Assembly (NCBI GenBank): GCA_965216875.1
Contig: OZ244207.1
Coordinates: 7,616,001 to 7,680,000, forward strand
Reading direction: 5' to 3'
Length of the DNA stretch: 64,000 nucleotides
Origin: Rubripirellula sp.
Lineage (GTDB): Bacteria; Planctomycetota; Planctomycetia; Pirellulales; Pirellulaceae
Shown here: positions 1 to 9,552 of the stretch, piece after piece
Layout: each line of letters begins with the position of its first letter
Numbering within the stretch: position 1 is the stretch's first letter
Program-made: the position numbers and the translations under genes
The notes under the pieces: model-generated
What the model saw: the letters and a program-made list of their open reading frames with translations, nothing else
What the model was told of the DNA's origin: nothing
Database searches by the model: none

Positions 1-477
1 CATAACATCGCCACTCTGCGTGACTTGACGCGCGAGGGGATTAAGGTTGGCGTCGGGCATGAAAAGAAATGTGCGATGGGCTGGTTGACTCAAAACACGT
101 TTCGCGAGGGCGGAATCCAAGAAGAAGTGATGGCGAATGTGGAAACAACTGCGCCGACCGGAGACATGCTGGTCAATCAGTTGCTTGCCGGATCGCTCGA
201 TGCAGCGGTAGCCTATCTAAGTAACGCTGCCGGTGCCGCCGACTCGCTTGATGCCGTTCGCATTCAGGGACTCGACTGTGCGGTCGCGACGCAACCTTTT
301 GCTGTTGCACACCAATCACCCAACGCAGAAACAGCGAGCCGACTGTTCGAAATGATTTGCACGACGGAATCGCAAGACGCGTTCGCCGCGGAGGGATTCC
401 GGTGGAAAATGCCCGCCGAACAAGCCGGGGCGGCGACCGGTGTCGTCGCAACCGATGACGAGACCAAGCAACCATGA
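1..477 (+). CDS. modA: Molybdate/tungstate ABC transporter substrate-binding protein (5' partial)
   Basis: ORF runs in from the window edge; C-terminus resembles ModA-type binding proteins (GSLDAAVAY, FAAEGF); overlaps the permease start (ATGA). Confidence 0.7.
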   Translation, partial: HNIATLRDLTREGIKVGVGHEKKCAMGWLTQNTFREGGIQEEVMANVETTAPTGDMLVNQLLAGSLDAAVAYLSNAAGAADSLDAVRIQGLDCAVATQPFAVAHQSPNAETASRLFEMICTTESQDAFAAEGFRWKMPAEQAGAATGVVATDDETKQP

Positions 478-1433
478 CCGAGCCGCCCGAACATTCCGGT
501 GAGTCGGCCAGCAACGCGGCGGATGAACCAGCTGGCGCGGCGGATGAATCGCCGCCCGCGATCGATGAATCATCGGGTGGGGAGAACAACCAGTACCAGC
601 CCGCGATTGAAACGCCACGGCTCAAGCGTCGGCGATCGGACCTGCCCTTCTATTTCGTGATGGGCGGTCTGTCGTCTTGTTTCATTGTGCTGATCGTCTT
701 GTTGATCGTCGCCGATCTGGTGTTCACTTCACCGGCAAAGTTCGTCGAGGCGTTGTCGGCACCTGAGATTCAGTATGCGTTCAAGTTGACGATTCTTTCG
801 TGCACCGTCTCGGCGATCCTATCGATTTGGGTGGCGACTCCGCTTGGCTACTTGCTCGCCCGCTTTCGATTTCCAGGACGTTGGCTGATCGACACGCTGG
901 TCGACATCCCGATCGTTTTGCCGCCGTTGGTGCTCGGACTCAGCTTGCTGATTCTTTTTCATCTCAAGATCGGCGATTGGCAACTCGAAACTTGGCTCAG
1001 TGACACGTTGAATTTTCAAGTCACGTATCGTTGGCCAGCAGTGGTGCTCGCGCAATTCAGCGTGGCGTGTGCGTTTGCCGTCCGAACCATGCGCGTGACG
1101 TTCGATCAAATCGACCCTCGCGCCGAAGATGTCGCTCGCACGCTTGGTTGCAATCGTCGGCAAGCTTTCATGTTGATCGCGTTGCCTCAGGCTTGGCGTG
1201 GCATGATCGCGGCGACCACGATCGCATGGGCACGTGCTCTCGGCGAATTTGGGCCAATCCTCGTCTTTGCGGGCGCGACACGGATGCGTACCGAAGTCCT
1301 TTCGACGACCGTCTTTTTAGAGTTGAGCATCGGTCGGCTCGACGCTGCGGTCGCCGTTTCGCTGCTGATGGTCGTGATGGCAGTCATTGTGTTGATGGCC
1401 CTTCGCCTGCTCGGCACGGGGCTGACTTCATGA
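474..1433 (+). CDS. modB: Molybdate ABC transporter permease
   Basis: Multiple TM helices; DIPIVLPPLVLG, EDVARTLGC (EAA loop) and WARALGEFG motifs typical of ModB/CysT. Confidence 0.85.
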   Translation: MTEPPEHSGESASNAADEPAGAADESPPAIDESSGGENNQYQPAIETPRLKRRRSDLPFYFVMGGLSSCFIVLIVLLIVADLVFTSPAKFVEALSAPEIQYAFKLTILSCTVSAILSIWVATPLGYLLARFRFPGRWLIDTLVDIPIVLPPLVLGLSLLILFHLKIGDWQLETWLSDTLNFQVTYRWPAVVLAQFSVACAFAVRTMRVTFDQIDPRAEDVARTLGCNRRQAFMLIALPQAWRGMIAATTIAWARALGEFGPILVFAGATRMRTEVLSTTVFLELSIGRLDAAVAVSLLMVVMAVIVLMALRLLGTGLTS

Positions 1434-2086
1434 TTGAGTTGCAAGACGTTGCGATCCAAGCTGGCGATTTCTCGTTGCAGGGGATTTCGTTTCGAATCGA
1501 ACCCGGGCAATACGCGGTGCTGATGGGGCGCACAGGAAAGGGAAAAACAACCATTCTCGAATCGATCTGTGGGCTGCGGACCATCACGAGTGGCAAGGTC
1601 TTGATCGATGGTGTGGATGTCACCCGTTGGATGCCTGCGGACCGAGAGATTGGCTACGTCCCTCAAGACCTTGCGTTGTTTCCGACACTGACCGTCCGAC
1701 AGCATTTTGAGTTTGCCCTGCAACTGCGCAGTATGTCGCTTCCTGCGATCAGGCATCGCACCGACGAACTTGCTGATGTGCTCGGCGTGACGCATCTCCT
1801 TGGACGTTCGATTCAGGGGCTCAGTGGTGGCGAGTCACAGCGTGTTGCATTGGGACGTGCGCTCTCGTTTCGCCCAGGCGTTTTGCTCTTGGACGAACCG
1901 CTGAGTGCGCTCGACGAGGTAACACGTGGTGAAATGCATACACTTCTTCGCAGGGTCAAAGAGGCGACGGGAGTCACCACGTTGCATGTGACTCACAGCA
2001 GCGAGGAAGCCGAGGCGCTTGCCGATCGCTGCCTTGTGCTAGAAGATGGTGTTTTGTCTGAAGCTGCAGTCAAGCCGTCCCGCTAA
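1430..2086 (+). CDS. modC: ABC transporter ATP-binding protein (ModC/CysA-like)
   Basis: Walker A GRTGKGKT, signature LSGGE, Walker B LLLDE, H-loop VTH; ATG at 1430 overlaps the permease stop (ATGA). Confidence 0.85.
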   Translation: MIELQDVAIQAGDFSLQGISFRIEPGQYAVLMGRTGKGKTTILESICGLRTITSGKVLIDGVDVTRWMPADREIGYVPQDLALFPTLTVRQHFEFALQLRSMSLPAIRHRTDELADVLGVTHLLGRSIQGLSGGESQRVALGRALSFRPGVLLLDEPLSALDEVTRGEMHTLLRRVKEATGVTTLHVTHSSEEAEALADRCLVLEDGVLSEAAVKPSR

Positions 2087-2108
2087 TTCCGTTTCGCGTT
2101 CGCGAATC

Positions 2109-3311
2109 ATGATCGACGAAGGTGACTTTTTAAAAGCGATCGCCGACGATCCACTGAATGATCAACCACGATTGGTCTACGCCGATTGGCTGGACGAGTC
2201 GGGCCAGGTGGACCGTGCTGACTACATTCGGACTCAATGCGAACTCGCCGCCCTGCCCGTCTGGTCGTCCGGGCGAGACGAATTGCTCGAACGTTCAAAC
2301 GACCTGTTTGATCGACACCGCAATCAATGGCTGAAACCCATTCGCGGTACTGGGATTCGCAGCTATGAATTCCGTCGTGGATTCTTGCACCATGTCGCGA
2401 TGCACGCGGTCACGCAGTGGAAGTTTCTCCCCAGTCTCTTGGACAATGTGCCGACGATCCAGTCGCTGAAGGTCAACCGTGTCAATCGAAACTTTGACGC
2501 GTTTTGCAATGAACCACTGCTCGGACGTATTCGAGTACTCGACTTGTCTGGCAACAAAATGGGGATGCGCCGCGCCGAACAACTCAGCCAGTCGCCCTAC
2601 TTGGGCAACGTGACCACCCTTGATCTGGATGGAAATCAAGTGCGTCTACGAGGACTGCAAAAAATCCTCGACTCTAACGCACTGACCCGTTTGAAGCGGT
2701 TGTCACTCAGCAATGCGGGGCTACAGCCCAACGCTCAAATTGGAAGAGCGTTTCAAGGAAGCGTTGCCCGCCAACTTGAATGGATCGACCTGACCGAACT
2801 CGGCGGTAACTCGAACGCCATCCAGTATTTCGAGGAGTTTGAAATGCCACAGTTGCGTGGTCTGCGTTTTGGCGACTACCACGGAACGTCTCAAACCGAT
2901 TTTAGCGCGTTCTTGAACTCGAAGACGTTTGCACGACTTGAGTACTTGAGCCTGCACGGCCACGACTGGACTCGGGACGCGTTGGTTGAGCTTTTCAATC
3001 ATCCCAACAGCATCAACCTGCGCTGGCTCGAGCTCGGATGGCGACCTTCGGTCAATCTTGACCTTCACGCGATGCAGCAGGCCGAACCGATCTGGGAGAA
3101 TCTCGAGTACATCAGTTTCGATGGGAACCGCCAGAACAAAATGGACTATGTCGGCGAGATTGATCGGTTTCGCAGGTTGAAGTGTCTCGGATACCTGCCG
3201 ACCTATGGCAGCGTCGACAAACGGAACAAAGAGTTGTCCCAAAGACTAGGCATTCCGGTCATCATTCCCTGGCGCCAAGACACGCCAGGGAATCTTCGGA
3301 ACTATTGCTGA
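2109..3311 (+). CDS. TIGR02996-domain leucine-rich repeat protein
   Basis: N-terminal FLKAIADDP..PRLVYADWLDE..RADYIRTQC, then FRRGF and LxxLDLxxN repeats. Confidence 0.85.
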   Translation: MIDEGDFLKAIADDPLNDQPRLVYADWLDESGQVDRADYIRTQCELAALPVWSSGRDELLERSNDLFDRHRNQWLKPIRGTGIRSYEFRRGFLHHVAMHAVTQWKFLPSLLDNVPTIQSLKVNRVNRNFDAFCNEPLLGRIRVLDLSGNKMGMRRAEQLSQSPYLGNVTTLDLDGNQVRLRGLQKILDSNALTRLKRLSLSNAGLQPNAQIGRAFQGSVARQLEWIDLTELGGNSNAIQYFEEFEMPQLRGLRFGDYHGTSQTDFSAFLNSKTFARLEYLSLHGHDWTRDALVELFNHPNSINLRWLELGWRPSVNLDLHAMQQAEPIWENLEYISFDGNRQNKMDYVGEIDRFRRLKCLGYLPTYGSVDKRNKELSQRLGIPVIIPWRQDTPGNLRNYC

Positions 3312-3318
3312 GTCTGCT

Positions 3319-3810
3319 TTACTCTTTCGGCAACACGACTGAATCGATCACGTGGATTACGCCGTTGGTGCACATGATGTCTGTCTTCAGAATCTTTGCG
3401 TTGTCGACCATCACGCCACTGTCATTCTGCTTGAAAGTGAGCTTGCCACCCTGGAGCGTTGCGAGCGTGTCGTTCTGCAGCACCTTCTTGGCTGGGTACT
3501 TTCCCTTGACGACGTGGTAGGTCAGGACGGCGACCAACTTTTCCTTGTTCTCTGGCTTGAGCAAGCTTTCGACCGTTCCCTTGGGAAGCTTTTCGAAAGC
3601 AGCATCGGTTGGGGCGAAGACGGTGAATGGACCTTCGCCGCTAAGGGCTTCGACCAGGTCGGCAGCCTTCACGGCGGCGACGAGGGTCTTGAATTTGCCA
3701 GCGACGGCCGTTTCAACGATTGACTTGGCTTTGTGGTCGCCGTGGTGGTCGGCTTGAGCAAAGCTGGGGATCAGCAACGCAGCGGCGAGAGCGAGCAGCA
3801 TGGAACGCAT
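3319..3810 (-). CDS. Secreted fasciclin (FAS1) domain protein
   Basis: Signal peptide; [17 protein letters not shown] and [10 protein letters not shown] motifs. Confidence 0.93.
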   Translation of the reverse strand: MRSMLLALAAALLIPSFAQADHHGDHKAKSIVETAVAGKFKTLVAAVKAADLVEALSGEGPFTVFAPTDAAFEKLPKGTVESLLKPENKEKLVAVLTYHVVKGKYPAKKVLQNDTLATLQGGKLTFKQNDSGVMVDNAKILKTDIMCTNGVIHVIDSVVLPKE

Positions 3811-4137
3811 CGGGAGTTCTCCAAAATGGGTCGTTGCCCCGGATCGCTCCGAGGACGGAAAGGGAATGTTCGTTCAGCGGCGCACAGACAAATTTCCAAG
3901 CTGCGAGACCACCAGACAAGCCGTGCGCCGGAGATTGTCCGGCGGCCCGCAAACTCGGAAATCGCAGGACTGTACGGCGTCGGCAAGCTCTTGGGAGAAC
4001 TTTTTTGGCTCTCAGCCGAAACTCTACGAATTGGTACAGGTTACATCCCTATCGGCGGTCGTTCTCGCGGCATCTTCGGCTGAAATTTTGACTTCAAGAC
4101 AACTTGTCATGTATTCCCCCGTTCGGAAAGTGAATCG

Positions 4138-5124
4138 ATGAAACTCTCTCGTACTGCGACCGGTATTTTGGCCGTCGCACTGATGGCATTTATGGTCTCG
4201 GATGCCCTGGGGCAAGGTCGCAGGGGCCAAGGTGGCCCAGGCGGAGGCGGTGGACCTGGACAGGGACGTGGTGGATTTGGCGGCGGCGGACGAGGCGGCC
4301 CTGGTGGATTTGGCGGTGGCGGTTTCGGCGGTCGCGGCGGCGGCGGATCGGATATGACGTTCTTCCTGCTACGCGTCGATCCCGTGAAAGAAGAAATCGA
4401 ATTGATGCCCGACCAGGAAGAGGCGATCGCCAAGATCACTCAACCCCCAAGTCGTGAGGGTCGTGATGGCCAAGAACGCGAACGCTTCGACTTCCGCAAC
4501 GCGAGCGAAGAAGAACGTGACGAGTACTTCGCCAAGATGCGTGAAGAACGCGAGGAACGCAGCAAGAAGATGCGCGAGCAACTTGAGGAAGTGCTGCTGC
4601 CACAGCAATCAGAACGGCTTGAAGAGATCGCGTTGCAAATGCGCGGCGTCGATGCCCTTCGTGACGACAAAGTTGCTGGTGAGCTGAAAATCACCGACAG
4701 CCAGAAGGAAGAAATGGAAAAGGTCCGCGATGAAATTCGTGCAGACCAAGAAAAGGCACGCTCGGAAATGCGTGAGCGAATGCAAGCACTGTTCCAAGGT
4801 GGCGGTGATGGTGACCGCGAAGCAGCGTTTGCAAAGATTCGCGAAGAAGGCCAAAAGATGCGAGAAGAAGCTGAAAAGAAGCTGATCAGCGTCCTGACAA
4901 GCAGCCAGCAAAAGCAGTTTGACGAAATGAAGGGCGAAGAGTTCGAAATGCCCGAAGACGCTTTCCGAAACGCCTTCTCGCGCGGCGGTCGCAGTGGCGG
5001 ACGCGGCGGTCCTGGTGGCGGCGGCTTTGGCGGTCGCGGTGGGTCCGGCGGTGGACCTGGTGGCGGTCGAGGCGGACGCGGAGGCGACGGCGGTGGTCGT
5101 CGCTCACGCCCAGAAGCAGAATAG
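4138..5124 (+). CDS. Secreted Gly/Arg-rich helical protein (Spy/CpxP-like core), hypothetical
   Basis: Signal peptide; G/R/F/P-rich tails at both ends; charged helical core with LLPQQ, ITDSQ and LTSSQ (LTxxQ-like) repeats. Confidence 0.7.
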   Translation: MKLSRTATGILAVALMAFMVSDALGQGRRGQGGPGGGGGPGQGRGGFGGGGRGGPGGFGGGGFGGRGGGGSDMTFFLLRVDPVKEEIELMPDQEEAIAKITQPPSREGRDGQERERFDFRNASEEERDEYFAKMREEREERSKKMREQLEEVLLPQQSERLEEIALQMRGVDALRDDKVAGELKITDSQKEEMEKVRDEIRADQEKARSEMRERMQALFQGGGDGDREAAFAKIREEGQKMREEAEKKLISVLTSSQQKQFDEMKGEEFEMPEDAFRNAFSRGGRSGGRGGPGGGGFGGRGGSGGGPGGGRGGRGGDGGGRRSRPEAE

Positions 5125-5194
5125 GAATCTCGCCAATTTCCGCAGCCACCTACGCTGACTCGGATTGCGGCGAAGCGCTCCGTCGCGCCCGATA

Positions 5195-5231
5195 GGGGCA
5201 GACTCATCCAAGAGTCTGCCCCGTTTTTTTT
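5195..5231 (+). terminator. Rho-independent terminator
   Basis: GGGGCAGACTC-ATCCAA-GAGTCTGCCCC (11-bp stem) followed by G and T8, downstream of 4138..5124. Confidence 0.85.
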
Positions 5232-5352
5232 GGCCGGCAAACAGACCGTCGTACAAAAGGCAATAAGATGTGGGGCAAAAAGATCGTGGGCAAATTGAGA
5301 GCGAATCGAAGATTTGTGTGCAACGTTGCTGGCACGCGGGTCAACGACAGGG

Positions 5353-5877
5353 TTATGGTTTTCGCTCTGATCGCGCCGGACTGTAGATCGCTTCCGTCCG
5401 GCTTACATGATCACCGTGCTTGATGAGTGCGATCGAGTGGATCGTTCCATCTTCCAGGAATCGTTCGGTCGTTGTCGTGACGATACGTCGGCGGCGCGTA
5501 TCCATTTTCTCGGAAGTCCATGTCATTGTGTTGCTGGCAGCGTCCCATGTGCCGGTCGATTGAAAGGAGCGACGATTGGATGCAAAACTCCATCGCTTAA
5601 ACCGCTTCTCGCCAGAATCAAAAGTGGTCAGCTGTTTGACCTGCAGGTCGCTGGCAACGAATCTGGCCTCGAAGGCTGAATCATGTTCCACGTACGCTTC
5701 GTTCAAGCTCCAGGAAGCTTCGGTCACCCCATTGGAAAACGCGTCATCCTCATCGAACTCAATGGTCCACGAGCCGATGTAGCGAGCAAGAACATCTTGT
5801 TCGGGGAACGACTCAAGTTCAGCGGCCCACGCGCCAATGAACGTCAACGCAAAAGCAAAAATCAAAGCGTATCGCAT
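5353..5877 (-). CDS. Secreted hypothetical protein (DUF1579-like beta protein)
   Basis: Signal peptide MRYALIFAF..; LARYIGSW and GTWDAASNTMTW patterns; start set at ATG 5877. Confidence 0.6.
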   Translation of the reverse strand: MRYALIFAFALTFIGAWAAELESFPEQDVLARYIGSWTIEFDEDDAFSNGVTEASWSLNEAYVEHDSAFEARFVASDLQVKQLTTFDSGEKRFKRWSFASNRRSFQSTGTWDAASNTMTWTSEKMDTRRRRIVTTTTERFLEDGTIHSIALIKHGDHVSRTEAIYSPARSERKP

Positions 5878-5981
5878 GAGGTTTCTCCGAAAGACCCGCG
5901 GTGGTCCGCGCGCATTGAGTGTTGATGCAGCCGCCATTGTGTTCGAGCCTAGCAGCGAGGCGGTGAGTTCTTGTCGCTGGC

Positions 5982-6042
5982 GTTTGTAGTACCGAGCTTT
6001 AGCCGGAATCTGTACGCAAGCCGCCACGCGGGGACTACAAAC
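5982..6042. repeat. REP-like element, family A (GTTTGTAGTACCGAGCTTTAGCCGGAATCT) with degenerate partner arm ending GACTACAAAC
   Basis: Near-identical 29-31 nt copies at 34192, 52640, 52758, 54282 and 59861. Confidence 0.8.
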
Positions 6043-6076
6043 GACGCTGTCCACGCTCGATTTCACTCATGAGTGT

Positions 6077-6550
6077 CTAGTCGGGATAGCTGACTGCATT
6101 GGTTTGCCAGTAGTCCAAGTTGCCGAGAATCTCTTCAAGGATCGACTCGTCCTCCAGTGCTCGCACCTGTGGTACGAAATCAAGGTCATGGGCAGCATGC
6201 CATCCCGTGTATTGCAGTCCGGTTGCTTCGGACGGCACCAGCACGCCGTCGAGACAGACATATTCTTTTCCGGGTACCACATCAGCGGTGATTTCTTTCA
6301 TTGCGGCTACCCACTGGGCAACGTACTCATCATCTGGATCGCTGCCCGTTTGACCCATGATGTCGCGACGGGCAATTTCGTCCCATGGTTCGTCAGTCTC
6401 GATCGCCGTGGCAAAGGTGAATGCTTTGCGGCAAGAGATACAGGTAAACAACCAGCCGCATCCGCACCATGGACATTCCATCTGTGGCGGAAACGTGATT
6501 TGTGCTTCCTTGCAGTCGCAGTGCGATACTAGCTTGTCGTTCGCCTTCAA
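6077..6550 (-). CDS. Hypothetical protein with Cys-rich N-terminus
   Basis: HCDC...CPWCGCGWLFTCISC followed by an acidic globular remainder; TTG start uncertain. Confidence 0.65.
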   Translation of the reverse strand: MKANDKLVSHCDCKEAQITFPPQMECPWCGCGWLFTCISCRKAFTFATAIETDEPWDEIARRDIMGQTGSDPDDEYVAQWVAAMKEITADVVPGKEYVCLDGVLVPSEATGLQYTGWHAAHDLDFVPQVRALEDESILEEILGNLDYWQTNAVSYPD

Positions 6551-6810
6551 AAGGTAGACGTGGCTGGAAATCGTATCGCTCCTATCACGTGCGGCTGCCT
6601 AGCGATTGTCCTGCCATCTCACTTCAACACTCGATTGATCGATAGGCAAACTCGCGAACCAACGACGCAATTCGTCGAGGTCAATCTCTGTCGACGGAAC
6701 GATTGTACCATCCGGTTTGAATTGAATCATCACACCCCGGCGGACTGTCGTCTTCAAATCTGCCGGACTCGCGTTCTCGGATGCGCGATTACCGTTGGCC
6801 GAGATGCGAA

Positions 6811-7437
6811 TTATCCATCTGCAATTTTTGAAAACTCATTCCACAATCCATCCAGCGACGAAATCACGTGTGACGCCTTCGATCGTCCACCGGACCGAAC
6901 AAGATGGATGCCCCTGATGCCTAACTTCGATGGCCCATCGACGTCCGATCTAAAACTGTCACCGACCATGATCGTTTCGTCGGGATTTGCGCCCAGTTGT
7001 TTCAGGGCAGCGTCGTAGATTCTGGAGTCTGGCTTGAGCATTCCGCAGTCACATGAGAATACGACGACATCGAAATAGGGGGCCAGATGATGTGTGAAGA
7101 ATGGTTGCTTGTACGGTGTAGCGAGATTGGAAATCAGTGCAGTTGGAATGCCACGCTGTTTGAGTTCTCGGAGTATTACTTCAGCGTCTTGGAACGGTTC
7201 AATGGCGGCGATGTCTTCGTCAAGGGCTGCATTGAGTGCTGTCAGATCGTTTTGGGAGGCAAGCCCAATGCGTGAGGCGAATGCCGCAAGTGTTGGATTG
7301 TGCGTGGTCAGCGATGTTTCGAGAGAGGATCGAACGCTGGCGTCCGGATGCCGTCGAGCGATTTTGAGAAACGGCCGTGAATCGCGAGGAAAATCAAGCA
7401 GCGTACCGTACAGATCGAAGATGCAGGCTGAGCTCAT
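6811..7437 (-). CDS. HAD-family hydrolase
   Basis: Motif I FDLYGTL, motif II ISN, motif III KP, motif IV VGDS...DV. Confidence 0.9.
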   Translation of the reverse strand: MSSACIFDLYGTLLDFPRDSRPFLKIARRHPDASVRSSLETSLTTHNPTLAAFASRIGLASQNDLTALNAALDEDIAAIEPFQDAEVILRELKQRGIPTALISNLATPYKQPFFTHHLAPYFDVVVFSCDCGMLKPDSRIYDAALKQLGANPDETIMVGDSFRSDVDGPSKLGIRGIHLVRSGGRSKASHVISSLDGLWNEFSKIADG

Positions 7438-7745
7438 CCGTCGTCTTCTTTCCCGCCACGCATTTTTCGCCGTTTAGCACGCAGGTAATCGCGGCGCTGC
7501 GTTGGCGTTGGCACAAACCACCAGTATAGCAGCAGCAAGGTGATGAGAAGCGCAACGGGAATGCCGACAAACACCGCTATGATTGCGGTCGTGCCACCTA
7601 GCCAATACAGCACGCAAACGAAAACGAAGAACGCAATGTTGGCGATCCACAGAACGCTGTGTATCGCAATCTGTGCAACGCATCCTGGTTCATCGCGAGT
7701 TGCGTCTCTGGACGCTTCGGGTGTTGGCGATTCGTAGGGGTTCAC
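7434..7745 (-). CDS. Small membrane protein with NPYxSP N-terminus
   Basis: MNPYESP start common in planctomycete membrane proteins; two TM helices; ATGA overlap with the HAD gene. Confidence 0.7.
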   Translation of the reverse strand: MNPYESPTPEASRDATRDEPGCVAQIAIHSVLWIANIAFFVFVCVLYWLGGTTAIIAVFVGIPVALLITLLLLYWWFVPTPTQRRDYLRAKRRKMRGGKEDDG

Positions 7746-7886
7746 AATCTGCGTCAGGATGGATGAGATGCGTCAAATGAGGTGTCGCAGAAGTAGTGTC
7801 ATGATAGCGCTAAGGGTGACCGGCGAGCGTTAATGAGCGGAGCGAAATCGCCACGTGTCCCCATTCTTTCACGTCCGAGGTAGGGA

Positions 7887-8207
7887 TCATTCAACCGGCG
7901 GGTTTGTTTCCCAATACTCTCGATTCTCTGAGATCCAATGGTTCAGTATGCGCTCGGCATCTGGTTCGTCGGAACGAATGCGTCCTCCGCGCCGTTCAAT
8001 GCGATACGAAAGCAGCTTAAGTGCTTTTACCTGTTCAATTCCGCCTCCGAAAGCAAGGTGATAATACCTTGCAAGTAGCAATCGCGGGATTTCATCTGTT
8101 CCCTCGGAGTGAGCGTTCGCGATGATCTCGAACAGCGATATAACGTCAACATTGGACGTCGCACTGCGACGTAGCTCAGCAATAAGTTGTTCGTCGGACG
8201 TAATCAT
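7887..8207 (-). CDS. Hypothetical protein
   Basis: 106-aa ORF of protein-like composition, co-oriented with neighbours; no motif recognised. Confidence 0.55.
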   Translation of the reverse strand: MITSDEQLIAELRRSATSNVDVISLFEIIANAHSEGTDEIPRLLLARYYHLAFGGGIEQVKALKLLSYRIERRGGRIRSDEPDAERILNHWISENREYWETNPPVE

Positions 8208-8222
8208 CTTCGCGTCCCCAGC

Positions 8223-8321
8223 CCGTGAGCCGAACTCGCTTGCGTCGGGCCTTACACTCTTCGATAAATCTCATAGGGCCCGACCAATCTCGCAGGGCCC
8301 GACGCTAGTAGCGCGTTCGGC
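8223..8321. repeat. Inverted pair of REP-like palindromes (GTGAGCCG..GCGTCGGGCC family)
   Basis: GTGAGCCGAACTCGCTTGCGTCGGGCC ... GGCCCGACGCTAGTAGCGCGTTCGGC; related copies near 23981, 34098-34178, 47210, 59650-59740 and 61139. Confidence 0.6.
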
Positions 8322-8357
8322 GCAGGTCACAGTCATTTCTGGCCGTATCAGGCATCA

Positions 8358-8756
8358 TCAGTTGCCGTAATGAATGAATCCCATCGTTATCTTGTACTGG
8401 TAGCGTTCTGGGTCGCCTGCGGGAATCAACCCATTGGCAATCAGGCCCTGTCGGACAACGACGGCGAAATGATCGTGGGCATCGTAGTCGTCATCGCACT
8501 CCGCATCCCCATCTTCATCTTCAGGGAGCGGGTATTTTTTGATGATCTCTTTGAATTTTTCGAGCACGTTGCCACTCAGTTCGCAGGTGCCTTCTTGGAC
8601 GCAATACGCGACAAACTCAGGTCCACCGGAGACAGCAAGCGGAGTCTCATGGCCTGCGAAGTCATCTTCAGTCCATTCATTCCCCGTCTTGCCGGTCGGC
8701 GGACCGACCTCATTGGCGACGCGGCTACCAAACAGTCGACGAATGAATTCGATCAT
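8358..8756 (-). CDS. Hypothetical acidic protein
   Basis: FIRRLFG amphipathic N-terminus and acidic body; co-oriented with neighbours. Confidence 0.6.
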   Translation of the reverse strand: MIEFIRRLFGSRVANEVGPPTGKTGNEWTEDDFAGHETPLAVSGGPEFVAYCVQEGTCELSGNVLEKFKEIIKKYPLPEDEDGDAECDDDYDAHDHFAVVVRQGLIANGLIPAGDPERYQYKITMGFIHYGN

Positions 8757-8891
8757 CAATCAGGTCGTCCATCGTGTTCGAAAAAGTCGGGATGCCGTGA
8801 TTCAAAATATCAGAAATCGGATGGTCTTGCGTCTAGTGTGCGGCCGCAGGCCGCGACGCACCCGTCGGCTGACTATCCCTATTAGACTTGG

Positions 8892-9473
8892 TTAAGCGAG
8901 CGAGCGGGAGACACGAGCAGGGTTGCCGACTGCGACGACGTTGTCGGGAAGGTTTCGCGTGACAACCGCTCCAGCGCCGACCACGGTATTGCAACCGATC
9001 GTCACACCGGGACAAACAATCACGCCGCCGCCAAGCCACGCGTTGTCGCCAATGCTGATTGGTTGAGAGCCCTCCCATTTCTCGAGGCGTGGCGACGGTT
9101 CAATCGGGTGGGTCGCGGTGAGCAATTGAACATTGGGGCCGATCTGGACGTCGTCACCAATATCGACCCTTCCGACATCAAGGCAGATCAATCCCCAGTT
9201 CGCGAAACATCGAACGCCAAAGTGAGTTTGGTATCCGTAGTCACATCGAAACGGAGGGCGAATGACCGTGCCTTCGCCGACACTCCCGAGGAGTTCACGC
9301 AAAAACTGGTCTCGGCCTTGTTGATCGTCTGCCGCAGCACCATTGAACGCGGCGACCAGTTTCGCCGCACGGGTCGTGTCTCGAAGAAGCTCAGGGTCGT
9401 CTGCGATGTATTGGTCGCCAGCGAGCATTCGTTGGCGGTTTGTGCGCCCGTCATGTCGATAGGGTTCGTCCAC
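8892..9473 (-). CDS. maa: Sugar O-acetyltransferase (maltose O-acetyltransferase family)
   Basis: RMLAG..Y, PPFRCDYG, hexapeptide repeats and VAVGNPARV; AAAGGA RBS before the GTG start. Confidence 0.88.
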   Translation of the reverse strand: MDEPYRHDGRTNRQRMLAGDQYIADDPELLRDTTRAAKLVAAFNGAAADDQQGRDQFLRELLGSVGEGTVIRPPFRCDYGYQTHFGVRCFANWGLICLDVGRVDIGDDVQIGPNVQLLTATHPIEPSPRLEKWEGSQPISIGDNAWLGGGVIVCPGVTIGCNTVVGAGAVVTRNLPDNVVAVGNPARVSRSLA

Positions 9474-9552
9474 ATGCGATCCTTTGTAACTGTCGATTGA
9501 GAACAGGTTTTACGGTCAGCGTCTCAGGGAAAACGTTGTCGCCTCGTGTCGT

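Noticed and set aside
1031..1429. N-terminal extension of the ABC ATPase in the ORF track
   Set aside because: It overlaps the permease in another frame; the real start is the ATGA-coupled ATG at 1430.
4440..5240. 266-aa Pro/Ser-rich minus-strand ORF
   Set aside because: Antisense shadow of the Gly/Glu-rich gene at 4138..5124.
5878..6066. Longer start for the 5353 gene
   Set aside because: The extension runs through a REP element, and the signal peptide begins at 5877.
6555..6810. Possible attC-like cassette site between orphan genes
   Set aside because: I could not identify paired R/L boxes or a second copy; a covariance-model search is needed.
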